DNA of 64,000 nt from the NCBI GenBank assembly GCA_017389705.1, contig JAFPEE010000225.1:5296-69295 (forward strand), read 5' to 3'. Below, in pieces: positions 20,145 through 29,307 of this stretch (position 1 is its first letter; each line of letters opens with the position of its first letter). The notes beneath the pieces are model-generated. The model was not told the DNA's origin. It did no database searches and was given only the letters and a program-made list of their open reading frames with translations. This DNA comes from Prevotella sp. (GTDB lineage Bacteria; Bacteroidota; Bacteroidia; Bacteroidales; Bacteroidaceae). The position numbers were made by a program, and so were the translations under genes.

Positions 20145-20613
20145 ATTTTGTCAAACATAAACACAATTTTTTTTCTCAAAATCTCAAAATCTACCTTCAT
20201 CCTTCACTCTTTTGAAAGTAACTTATTGTGCCACAAGGTGTTAACTAACTTTAAAGCCATCATTAAACCTTCACTTATCCTTCACTTTTCCGTCACTCAT
20301 CCTTCACTTTTTGCTTTAATGGCACCTGAAGAGCACTCACATTACGACTGACTACCCTTTACTCGGCATGTGAATAGGGCTTTGTCGGCATGTAAATCAT
20401 GCTTTCTCGGCATGAAAGTGACGGATGAGTGAAGGATAAGTGAAGGTTTAGTGAAGGTTTAGTGAAGGTTTAGTGAAGGTTTAGTGAAGGTTTAGTGAAG
20501 GTAAAGAAGTGGCTTAAATCATTGAATTACAATATTTTAACTATAAAAGAGTGAAGGATGAAGGTTAATTTCATGATTTTCATAAAACATTTCGCTGAAC
20601 AGTTTGACAAAAT
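20145..20613. repeat. ~470-bp imperfect foldback palindrome with internal 11-bp and 22-bp repeats
   Basis: Terminal 12-bp IR attttgtcaaac/gtttgacaaaat; 21-bp IR at 20193-20213 and 20545-20565; CCTTCAC and GTGAAGG 11-mer arrays in opposite orientation. Confidence 0.85.
20440..20494 (+). repeat. Tandem repeat (GTGAAGGTTTA) x5
   Basis: Five perfect copies plus three degenerate flanking copies (20418-20505). Confidence 0.97.
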
Positions 20614-20633
20614 CAGGGCTCTGCAAGGGGATT

Positions 20634-20710
20634 TTGAGCCGGCCGCTGCCAAACTTTGCCCGGCTCGATGACTGTCATTGCCCGGCTCAATGCCAGTCTT
20701 TGCCCCGTCT
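20634..20710 (+). repeat. 22-bp-period direct repeats, core TTGCCCGGCTC
   Basis: Cores start at 20634, 20656, 20678 and 20700. Confidence 0.75.
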
Positions 20711-20857
20711 AGAGATGATGTTTACTCCATCTAGTTTTCCACTCTGTACTGTTCAGGCTCTATCTGACACTAAAGGTAGGGTTTTCGTTTTGTTTGCAAA
20801 ATGATCATGGTGAGTACAATATTCATAAGACTATTACGTTTTATTAAAAACGCTTTG

Positions 20858-21613
20858 ATGAAAGTCTCCATCATAACAGCAACATTTAATAGTGTACGGA
20901 CATTAAATGAAACGATAAAATCAGTATTGGCACAGACATATGCCGATATTGAATATATCATTGTTGATGGTGCTTCAACGGATGGAACTTTGGATATTAT
21001 TCAAAAATCTGCGCCACTTTTTGGAGGTAGGTTGAAATGGTTGTCAGAAAGAGACGGTGGTATATACGATGCTATGAATAAAGGGATTCAGATGGCAACA
21101 GGAGAAATTGTTGGAATTCTGAATTCTGATGATTATTTTACATCAAATGATGTAGTAGAACGTCTTGTACCATATTTTGTAGAAAAATCCCTTGATGCCG
21201 TTTATGGAGATATCCATTTTATCCATGACGTCCAGCCGGACAAGTGTGTAAGATACTATTCTTCTAAGAAGTTCTCTCCCATGTGGCTTCGTTTTGGTTT
21301 TATGCCTGCTCATCCCTCATTCTATTGTCGCAGGGAAGTGTTTGAAAAGGCAGGTCTTTACAAAACAGACTATGCCATAGGTTCTGACTATGAGATGATG
21401 GTACGCCTCTTTATGAAGCACCATGTCAAAGCAAAATACCTACCTTTAGACTTTGTGACGATGCGTACAGGAGGCGCTAGCACCCGTAATGCCAAGAGTC
21501 GTCTGCAACTCATCAAGGATGACGTCCGTGGCTGCCGCGAGAACGGCATCTACACCAATGCCTTGATGATCAGTGTGAAATTCCTGTATAAGATTTTTGA
21601 GTTGCGTTGGTAG
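20858..21613 (+). CDS. Glycosyltransferase family 2 (WcaE/WfgS-like)
   Basis: MKVSIIT, VDGASTDGT, GIYDAMNKG, LNSDD and PAHPS. Confidence 0.92.
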   Translation: MKVSIITATFNSVRTLNETIKSVLAQTYADIEYIIVDGASTDGTLDIIQKSAPLFGGRLKWLSERDGGIYDAMNKGIQMATGEIVGILNSDDYFTSNDVVERLVPYFVEKSLDAVYGDIHFIHDVQPDKCVRYYSSKKFSPMWLRFGFMPAHPSFYCRREVFEKAGLYKTDYAIGSDYEMMVRLFMKHHVKAKYLPLDFVTMRTGGASTRNAKSRLQLIKDDVRGCRENGIYTNALMISVKFLYKIFELRW

Positions 21614-22589
21614 CTTCTTCCTTGAAGATGTAGCCTCCGCTCCAATAACATGTCTCTCCTTTCTTCATGGGTAATCCAACTTCACCTACTAGTCGGAAGT
21701 ATGTTTTGCCATAAGGAGAGGTGAAGCAATATTGGCGATTGGTGTCAATCTTACATTTATTATACTGATTTTGTGCCCCAAGGCCAATGCTGTCAAGGAA
21801 ACATAGTACCTGATGTCCATCACCCATGGTGCACTCAGCACTACTGGCGCGAGCCATAGTGCCGTTATATCCATCAGTAAGACAGGTAAATACGGAGTCT
21901 GCGCAGAACATACGTACTCTTCCGCCAAAACAAGATTGCAGACCATAATATATTTCGATGTTGAGATCTTCTAAAGCTTCACTTAGCACGCTAACAGCCA
22001 TCGTGTCATGACGGAAATGGTAAGTCACTATTTCCTTTAAAACTTCTCGACCATTTCCGTTAGCCTCTTTGGTATTACCTGCTTGAAGGAAGTTCTCAAC
22101 AACAACACTAGCTTCTTGACAAACAGTGTTCTTTATGTTTTTTATTGCTTTTCCATCAACATATACAGTAACATTTGATGTCCGTGCTGTAGGCGATCCT
22201 GTAAAGTCACCATTATAAGCGTGCCAACCACCTGTAAATCCACTATTGCCGTTTCCGTTGTTGATTGCTGACATCCAATAAGGACCTACCCAGTCTGTTG
22301 CACTTACATAAGTTGGTCCTTGATTATTTGTATTTGCTAAAGAATCACTATTGTTAGGTATGTATGCAATGCGTTGAAGTTGCACAAGATTATTGCCACC
22401 ACAGGGACCAAGAATAATATCCAAATCATGAGTCATTACATATTTACGGACTACACTAATCTTATTTCCCTCTTGGCTTATTTTCAAAAGAACAGGGTTC
22501 TGTGGCTCGCTGGGAGGAATACCGATGTCATCAGTACACGCGAATATCAATAGTAAAACTGTAAAAACAAAAGGAAAACCGTATTTCAT
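21570..22589 (-). CDS. Hypothetical lipoprotein
   Basis: MKYGFPFVFTVLLLIFA-C lipobox; start overlaps the stop of the upstream GT. Confidence 0.7.
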   Translation of the reverse strand: MKYGFPFVFTVLLLIFACTDDIGIPPSEPQNPVLLKISQEGNKISVVRKYVMTHDLDIILGPCGGNNLVQLQRIAYIPNNSDSLANTNNQGPTYVSATDWVGPYWMSAINNGNGNSGFTGGWHAYNGDFTGSPTARTSNVTVYVDGKAIKNIKNTVCQEASVVVENFLQAGNTKEANGNGREVLKEIVTYHFRHDTMAVSVLSEALEDLNIEIYYGLQSCFGGRVRMFCADSVFTCLTDGYNGTMARASSAECTMGDGHQVLCFLDSIGLGAQNQYNKCKIDTNRQYCFTSPYGKTYFRLVGEVGLPMKKGETCYWSGGYIFKEEATNATQKSYTGISH

Positions 22590-23794
22590 AATTTTTTGTT
22601 GAGTAGTTTTTGGTATAATTCTATATACTTCGAAAAGCAAAGTTTTTGGTCAAATAATAGTTGTGCTCGTTGGGCGCATAACATGCTAATTGATTCTCTT
22701 TCCGTAGGGGATTTAGCCCTTATACTCTCAATGGCTTCAACTAATGCATTTATGTTTCCTCTTTCGACAACGATTCCTGTTTTTGAATTAATAGTCTCTG
22801 GGCTTCCACCTGTAGCATATGTAACAACTGGAGTTCCGCAGGCCTGAGCTTCTAAATTGACAGTTGGATAAGTGTCATTATAGGTGGGATTAACAAAGAC
22901 GTCAGCATTAGAGTAATATGACACCAATTCTTGTACGTTGCTTGTATGCTCGATACAGTTGATTTGTCGAGGAAGTTTATTTCTTACGTGTTCAGGGACT
23001 CCTACAAGTGTTATGTCATAATACATAATTTTGCTGAGTTGGACGAACTCGTCAATTCCTTTATCTTTGTTCCATGTGGAGGCAACCCCTAAAATATGGA
23101 ATTTGTTATCTGAAATCAATTTCTTTTTTGGCTTGAATATGTCCAAATTAATTCCATTGTTGATGGTAACGGTGGGATGATTCCTAAGAAAAGAATCTTT
23201 TACAATTTCTTCCTGCCATTTTGAAACAGTAACAATCGTTATTTGTGATGGCAAATTGAAGTAATACTTCTTTTGCGTGTAGTTATTCTTGGAATTGTCA
23301 AAGATTAATGATGCAGGATAGCTTGATTTGTTTGGACAATGGTGGCATCCAATCTTCCATCTATCGCAGCCAATAGAATCAAAGTGAGCACAATGCCCTG
23401 TTATTGGCCAACAGTCATGAAGTGTCCAGACAACGGGTATGTTAGCTTCTGCAAGATATTGGAATATGAGAGGGTAGTTGAGATAGTAGCCATGAATGTT
23501 GTGAAGATGAATAATGTCAGGCTTTATAAATTGTATGGTCTTAATGAGGTGTTTGGTAGCCCTGCTCGATGCTAGCCCGTGATTATCCATAATACGTGAT
23601 TGTATTCCGTGGATATATTCATCCCACATACTGCCAATCCTAATCAGGTGTGAATGGCTCGGTTGGGCTTTTCGCCCGTATGCAATATGGCTCTGCCAAC
23701 CATATGAGATGGCTAGCTGCCCAATTTCTTCTGCAATCTTACCATGAGATCCGCAGTTGGCTGTTATGTTAATTTGAAGTAGAGTCAGCATCAA
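22586..23794 (-). CDS. Glycosyltransferase family 4 (WcaC-like)
   Basis: IHLHNIHG, VWTLHDCWP.TG.C and PTVNLEAQACGTPV. Confidence 0.9.
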   Translation of the reverse strand: MMLTLLQINITANCGSHGKIAEEIGQLAISYGWQSHIAYGRKAQPSHSHLIRIGSMWDEYIHGIQSRIMDNHGLASSRATKHLIKTIQFIKPDIIHLHNIHGYYLNYPLIFQYLAEANIPVVWTLHDCWPITGHCAHFDSIGCDRWKIGCHHCPNKSSYPASLIFDNSKNNYTQKKYYFNLPSQITIVTVSKWQEEIVKDSFLRNHPTVTINNGINLDIFKPKKKLISDNKFHILGVASTWNKDKGIDEFVQLSKIMYYDITLVGVPEHVRNKLPRQINCIEHTSNVQELVSYYSNADVFVNPTYNDTYPTVNLEAQACGTPVVTYATGGSPETINSKTGIVVERGNINALVEAIESIRAKSPTERESISMLCAQRAQLLFDQKLCFSKYIELYQKLLNKKL

Positions 23795-24561
23795 TATTTT
23801 TTATTGCAACTTAGAAAGTAAGACACATGTTTGTATGGCCAAAATGGCTCAAAATGTCGTCTGTTGATAACTTGTCCGTTAAATGAGAAATAATTCTTAT
23901 AGTCTGATTGCGAGAAGACATATTGATACGACTTGCACGCAATATCAATGGAAAGTTTGTTGGCATGTGTTAGTTTCCCATAGGGGAAAGCGAAATAGTC
24001 ACATGATGATGCTAATTGCTGTTCGATAACCCTTTTGCATTCGACAATTTGATATTCCAAGACGTCCTGTTGGTTGCTATTTATCATGTAATGATCCATC
24101 GTGTGGGCCCCAATGATATGACCACGTCGCTTAAGTTCCTTTATGTGCTGCCATCGCATAGGCTTCTTGTCAGGGGTCATCACAATGGTGTTATTGAAGT
24201 TCTCAACATAATGGGCGTCTCCGTCAATATAATTGGGGTTGACAAAGAATAGGGCATTGGTATTAAACTCCTCCAAGACAGGAGCAAAGATGTCATAGCA
24301 TTCCATAAATCCGTCGTCAAAGGTAAATGCAACCATTGGTGTATCTGGAGTTTTATGGTGGCAGATTCTTTGTATGGCTTCTTCTATTTTGACAAACTGA
24401 ACTGATTTCTGTAATTGGAGCATTAAGGCTCTAAAAGTCTCAGGTTCAATCTCATCTTGTATTCTATGCCCATTTAGAATATGTATACCATTTGCAGGCT
24501 TCGAAAATAAACCAAGTGTATCGAGAACGATATTTCGTGCTATTGTTCTTAAGTAAGACAT
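23791..24561 (-). CDS. Polysaccharide deacetylase family protein
   Basis: FTFDDGF, GAHTMDH and FAFPYG. Confidence 0.88.
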   Translation of the reverse strand: MSYLRTIARNIVLDTLGLFSKPANGIHILNGHRIQDEIEPETFRALMLQLQKSVQFVKIEEAIQRICHHKTPDTPMVAFTFDDGFMECYDIFAPVLEEFNTNALFFVNPNYIDGDAHYVENFNNTIVMTPDKKPMRWQHIKELKRRGHIIGAHTMDHYMINSNQQDVLEYQIVECKRVIEQQLASSCDYFAFPYGKLTHANKLSIDIACKSYQYVFSQSDYKNYFSFNGQVINRRHFEPFWPYKHVSYFLSCNKKY

Positions 24562-25682
24562 TATTCGCTTAATACTTTTTTTAAAATATTTATTTGATAA
24601 TCAATGTTCCACTTTGTATCAATTTCCTTGAACGCTTCCATTCTGGTTTTTTCTCTTTCTGGAGCACTGATGGTAATCCACTTCTTTATCTTGTTCTTTA
24701 GATCCGTGATGCTGCCTCTTTCGTAAAAGTCTCCAGTTACACCAGGTTTTATCGCTTCAAATTCTGGCATTTGATATGGAAAATCTCCATGTGTAATAAC
24801 AGGGCATCCGAAAGATAACGAGTGGATGGCTGTAAGGCCTACATTGCCAGGAGAAACACAAACAGATGCATTGTAGAAAAGTTCAGCCAATATGTTGTCG
24901 TCATAGCACGGACCATACATCCATACTTGCCCTCCAACACGATGTTCTTCTGCATATGCTTCTATATTGACATTGTCAACATCTTCACCAACCATAATAA
25001 CATTTACACGATGTCCCTCTGCTTTAAGTTGTTCAATGCAGTCTATTAGAATCTCCAGTTTTTTTCGTTTCTGAATCCTTCCGCAATAAATAATCGTAGG
25101 TGATTCATTGTGGAAGTGCTGTTGATATATATCTGTCACTTGAAGTGTATCCCTTATCCCTTTTTCTTTGTATGAATCAAGAGAGTTTGCTATACAAAAC
25201 ATCTTTTCTGATGGAATACCAACGTCTTCCATTAGCCGAATAGCATAATCACTGTATATCAATAAGCGGGAATGAAGCTTATAAAACACCTTTTTTATGA
25301 CTTTTTTAATAACAGACTCTCGTCCATACCATCCATGTGTCCAAGCAATGGTTTCTTTTCCACAAAGTTTAGCCAATAATAGGATGATCCATGATGAAAG
25401 ACAATAAGGTTCTCCGTCAAGTATATAGTATTTATATGGCAAAAAAATCAGCTTAACTGATCCAGACTGCCAATAAAAGTTATGAAAAAAAATGTTGGTA
25501 AGTTCCTTTTTAAATCCTGGCAAGTTTGAATATTCGAAAGTCTTGATTTCTGTATCAAGTTTATCTCCCAGAAAGAAAGAACATGAAAACTCTTCTGCCA
25601 TTTTTGTAAAGATGGGCAGGCGGTAGTGAGTTCCTATATTGGTTATCAGACAGATATTGTTTTTGTCTTCTTTCATATACAT
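24561..25682 (-). CDS. Glycosyltransferase family 4
   Basis: YCGRIQKRK and SPGNVGLTAIHSLSFGCPVIT. Confidence 0.88.
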   Translation of the reverse strand: MYMKEDKNNICLITNIGTHYRLPIFTKMAEEFSCSFFLGDKLDTEIKTFEYSNLPGFKKELTNIFFHNFYWQSGSVKLIFLPYKYYILDGEPYCLSSWIILLLAKLCGKETIAWTHGWYGRESVIKKVIKKVFYKLHSRLLIYSDYAIRLMEDVGIPSEKMFCIANSLDSYKEKGIRDTLQVTDIYQQHFHNESPTIIYCGRIQKRKKLEILIDCIEQLKAEGHRVNVIMVGEDVDNVNIEAYAEEHRVGGQVWMYGPCYDDNILAELFYNASVCVSPGNVGLTAIHSLSFGCPVITHGDFPYQMPEFEAIKPGVTGDFYERGSITDLKNKIKKWITISAPEREKTRMEAFKEIDTKWNIDYQINILKKVLSE

Positions 25683-25703
25683 AATATAAACGAAGTGATT
25701 GGC

Positions 25704-27050
25704 TTATTTATTGTTATTTATACTTCGAATATTTAATGAAGATGTATCAAAGCAGAGCAGTATGACAAAGAGAATAAGAAGACCACTCGACAAAAGAGTG
25801 GTAAAAAGTGAAACATTCAGCAGATATGCCAACGATGGTAAGAAGATAACAAAGAGGTCGGTTTTTTTATATTTATACGATATGGCGTTAATAAAATATA
25901 AAACAACCAAGAAGATGCAGCCAATGAAAATGATTCCTACAAGTCCAGCAGCTGCCATGCCATCAGTTAAGAACATATTGGCATTGGCGTTTTGGGCTCC
26001 ATACGCAACAGCTTGCCCTAATGGTCTATCATATGGGTAACCTCCTGTTAAAGCATTAACTATATTGATATGAGTATAGTAGGTGTAGGGATTCTCTTGA
26101 AAGAAATGATAGTAATTTTGAGTAAGCCATCCTGCTACACATACAGTTCTTAAAAGGACAATAGATATTAATGTGAATAGGACTTTGTTATTTTCATCTT
26201 GGATGATGAAAAGAATAATAGAAATAAGAGACACTCCTAAAACAATATAGGAATGAAGCCGCATACATATGATTTCTTCCTTAAGTTTGATGAGATAATA
26301 CATCCCGATGAGAGCAAAAGGTAAAAGAAATGTTATTTTCTGCATGTCAGCCATAAACAATAGGATATAACCACATAGTATTCCAATTGTTTTTAACCAA
26401 CTCTTCTGGTTCAGATAACAGACTAAGAGAAAAGGATAGAAGGCTCCGCTCAGCCATCCTTGTATGTATAGTATCAGTCCAATCCCACTGCTGTTTTCTG
26501 AGTTTTCTTCTCTCAGGCTATAAAGAACATCCAGTTGTGTGAATATGTTAACGAAATGCATGGAGTTGGCTCTGAATGCAATAAAGATAATGGTGAGAAG
26601 AAGTGTCGCGATTTCAATATATACAAGTGGAATAGACGGACTGAAATCAAGATTTTTTAGGGGTGTACCAAATCTGCCGATACAGAAATACAAAAAGAAG
26701 AGGCAGCATAGAATACCCGTATAAGCATAGAGGCTCAAATTGCTGATACCATATAGCGTAAAAAGAGCATGAACAAACGGAAGATAAACAAACAAATATA
26801 AGAAAAGACAAATAAATGAAGAAGCATCCTCTATTTTCTGATAGGCTATAATGGGTATGACAGAAATTACAATCCATGACAGCCGCTTAAGAAAAGTCAT
26901 CTCCACATAATCTACTCCACCCATGTATGAGAATAATTTGTATACGAAATTCTCAAACATATAGTCGTAGAACAATATGTATAGGATGCAGCAGATAATT
27001 CTGCCAGCCATACTATCTGCATCGAATATGAAACTGATAACTTTCTTCAT
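25704..27050 (-). CDS. Probable Wzy polysaccharide polymerase
   Basis: About 11-12 TM helices, AT-rich, adjacent to the flippase in a polysaccharide locus. Confidence 0.65.
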   Translation of the reverse strand: MKKVISFIFDADSMAGRIICCILYILFYDYMFENFVYKLFSYMGGVDYVEMTFLKRLSWIVISVIPIIAYQKIEDASSFICLFLYLFVYLPFVHALFTLYGISNLSLYAYTGILCCLFFLYFCIGRFGTPLKNLDFSPSIPLVYIEIATLLLTIIFIAFRANSMHFVNIFTQLDVLYSLREENSENSSGIGLILYIQGWLSGAFYPFLLVCYLNQKSWLKTIGILCGYILLFMADMQKITFLLPFALIGMYYLIKLKEEIICMRLHSYIVLGVSLISIILFIIQDENNKVLFTLISIVLLRTVCVAGWLTQNYYHFFQENPYTYYTHINIVNALTGGYPYDRPLGQAVAYGAQNANANMFLTDGMAAAGLVGIIFIGCIFLVVLYFINAISYKYKKTDLFVIFLPSLAYLLNVSLFTTLLSSGLLILFVILLCFDTSSLNIRSINNNK

Positions 27051-28384
27051 GCTATAAGTCTAATGATTAATAATGCGATAGAGATACCCCATACAGGCAG
27101 AAACTTGATATATTGATGTATATTGAGGTGGCTGAGTGAAAGTTGTTTTAAAAAGAGTGCCATCTTGACAACGAAACAGGATACTGAGTATACGAATAGA
27201 ATAAAAAACAAATTCTTAGTGTGTTGGCATAATAATATGATGCCCCCAATGCCCAATAGAAAATACATGGAATCGTATATCAGTAAAGTCCTTTGTTTGT
27301 TCAAAATACGGAATAAAGGTAATATCGGCTGGGTCAAGATGGTAGGAAACGACCATAAGGCAAGACAAAGGGCAACATTACCGGCAGAATGCCATTGATT
27401 ACCCAAAAAGAGAATTATCAGTTGGTCCCCTCCACAAGCTATAAATAACAAGGGAAGGATGGATATAACACATAAGATTCGAAGAACAGCATGGGTGGTT
27501 TCACTAATAATGTTATCGTTTGGCACCGAAATAGAGATGCGCTGATAATAGACCTTACCAATCGCTGAACCAACCAAAGACATAGGTAGCAAAAGTAATT
27601 GAAACACAATGGAGAAACAACCGATACTTGCTTTGTCGAAATAGAAAGATAGAATAATAACAGGAAGGTTGAAGGCGGCAAATGATAACAAGGAAGATGG
27701 CGCATCAAATAAAGGAAAATTCCTATACTGCGAAATTAGTTGTTTTAGTTGAACAAAACTTGTTTTCGCCCTGTGCTTAATAGCAGATCCTTTTGTAATT
27801 GTCCAAAGTAGGAAAATAGCGGTGATGCCTTCTGCCAAAGTAGTTCCAAGTATCAGACCATTTGCAATTTGTATACCAATAAATGCCAAAAGAATTCGGA
27901 AAGCAGCTTGTGAACATCCAAGAACAATGTTTGAAAAGGCTAATGTATAATATAATTCCTTTCGGTTACAGAGATTATAGCAAATTGTATAGACAGTATA
28001 GAATACAAAGTAAATGAACAGAAGTATAGAACCAGGAAATGTAGAAATGAAATTATTCCCTGTGATGTTTCCTGTTATAAACAATAGTCCGAATAGTAGA
28101 ATAGTAATCATGCTTACACCAATACACAATTTGATGGCATTACCTAATTGATACTTTGGTGCTTGTATGAGAATATTTTCAAAACCTAAGAAAAGAACTA
28201 TAGTCGACATGACGATGAAAGAAGAGAATATTCCCCATTCTCCAAAGTCACTAGGAGTGTATAAACGTGTCAAGATAGGTGTAACGATCAGTGGCAACAT
28301 ATACATAATGAGGTTACTCACCGACATTTTGGCGGTATCTTTCAGTAGTGAGGTCTTAAGTATGTCTTTCAGTCTCGTTTTCAA
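27047..28384 (-). CDS. Wzx-type oligosaccharide flippase
   Basis: PILTRLYTPSDFG, YRNFP and IGKVYYQ; about 12 TM helices. Confidence 0.88.
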   Translation of the reverse strand: MKTRLKDILKTSLLKDTAKMSVSNLIMYMLPLIVTPILTRLYTPSDFGEWGIFSSFIVMSTIVLFLGFENILIQAPKYQLGNAIKLCIGVSMITILLFGLLFITGNITGNNFISTFPGSILLFIYFVFYTVYTICYNLCNRKELYYTLAFSNIVLGCSQAAFRILLAFIGIQIANGLILGTTLAEGITAIFLLWTITKGSAIKHRAKTSFVQLKQLISQYRNFPLFDAPSSLLSFAAFNLPVIILSFYFDKASIGCFSIVFQLLLLPMSLVGSAIGKVYYQRISISVPNDNIISETTHAVLRILCVISILPLLFIACGGDQLIILFLGNQWHSAGNVALCLALWSFPTILTQPILPLFRILNKQRTLLIYDSMYFLLGIGGIILLCQHTKNLFFILFVYSVSCFVVKMALFLKQLSLSHLNIHQYIKFLPVWGISIALLIIRLIA

Positions 28385-29289
28385 AACTTATACTTTTGGG
28401 GTGAAGGGACATAATACATAGTAATACCATGGCGTCCTAATTCCAGCATTTTCTCTAAACATGGCTTGGCATCGTACATGGTTATCAATAGGTTAGATAA
28501 ACGTTTCTTTTTATGGATATCTGGACTAAAATATTTTGTTAGTCTTTTTTCTCTGGTTCTGCATTCCAAATCTCCAGTAAGACAAGTATATTGCTTGACT
28601 TCTCCTTGATCGTTGTAATATCGATAGGATTGCAGCTTGTTAAAAAACTGTTGCCAATATGGATGCTCTTTGTATAAGATAGCTTCAACACAATGGTCAA
28701 AGGTGCCGATATAGAATGACGGCATACCTAAATTGACAACAATACCTCCTAACTGTACCATTCTATAGTAGGGAGAATATTCATCCCAACAGTTATTTCC
28801 AAGATGATGGTCTTTAGTAAGCCATTTTGCATGCTTTCCAAATGCACATACAGAATGTTGGACATTAATGCTTCTGACGACATTGGGGTATTGACGAAAT
28901 GTTTCTGCTAAATAACCAGCTGCGGTCTTGTCTGTTTTGGGATTGAATATGTAATTATCAAGATTTATATCCCGAAGATCTGTGAATGGCATAGCTGGCA
29001 TCATCAGTGTCCCCTCTGGTGTAAGATAATTAATAATGGCATCTATCAGCTCTTTTGCTGTGCCTTGATAGTTGTAGAATTCTTTCATGGAAGCATGGAT
29101 GCAAACAACCCCTCCGGGTTTAACTCCTAATAATGCCATTGTATTGATAATATCTTGAGGAGTGTATTTTTTATTGTAGATATGCTTGCCAATATTTTTT
29201 TTTATGTTTTTACGCACCAAAGAGATGTCTTGAATCCCTGTGAGTTTCTTGATGATAATTCCTAATTGTGTGTAAAAACTAACTTTCAT
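28381..29289 (-). CDS. AAC(3)-family (Antibiotic_NAT) acyltransferase
   Basis: VCIHAS, GTLMMP, G.LAETFR, RS...HSVCAFG, SPY and TFDHCVE motifs. Confidence 0.82.
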   Translation of the reverse strand: MKVSFYTQLGIIIKKLTGIQDISLVRKNIKKNIGKHIYNKKYTPQDIINTMALLGVKPGGVVCIHASMKEFYNYQGTAKELIDAIINYLTPEGTLMMPAMPFTDLRDINLDNYIFNPKTDKTAAGYLAETFRQYPNVVRSINVQHSVCAFGKHAKWLTKDHHLGNNCWDEYSPYYRMVQLGGIVVNLGMPSFYIGTFDHCVEAILYKEHPYWQQFFNKLQSYRYYNDQGEVKQYTCLTGDLECRTREKRLTKYFSPDIHKKKRLSNLLITMYDAKPCLEKMLELGRHGITMYYVPSPQKYKF

Positions 29290-29307
29290 CGTGTTGTATA
29301 CATAACA

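Noticed and set aside
20418-20505. Possible CRISPR or coding repeat
   Set aside because: Contiguous 11-mers without spacers; nearby short ORFs (20136-20351, 20604-20804) look like translations of repeat DNA
29195-29203. A9 tract in the acyltransferase as a phase-variation site
   Set aside because: Short A/T runs are expected in this AT-rich locus and the frame is intact
28381-29289. Acquired aminoglycoside resistance gene
   Set aside because: Embedded and translationally coupled in a polysaccharide operon with no mobile-element context
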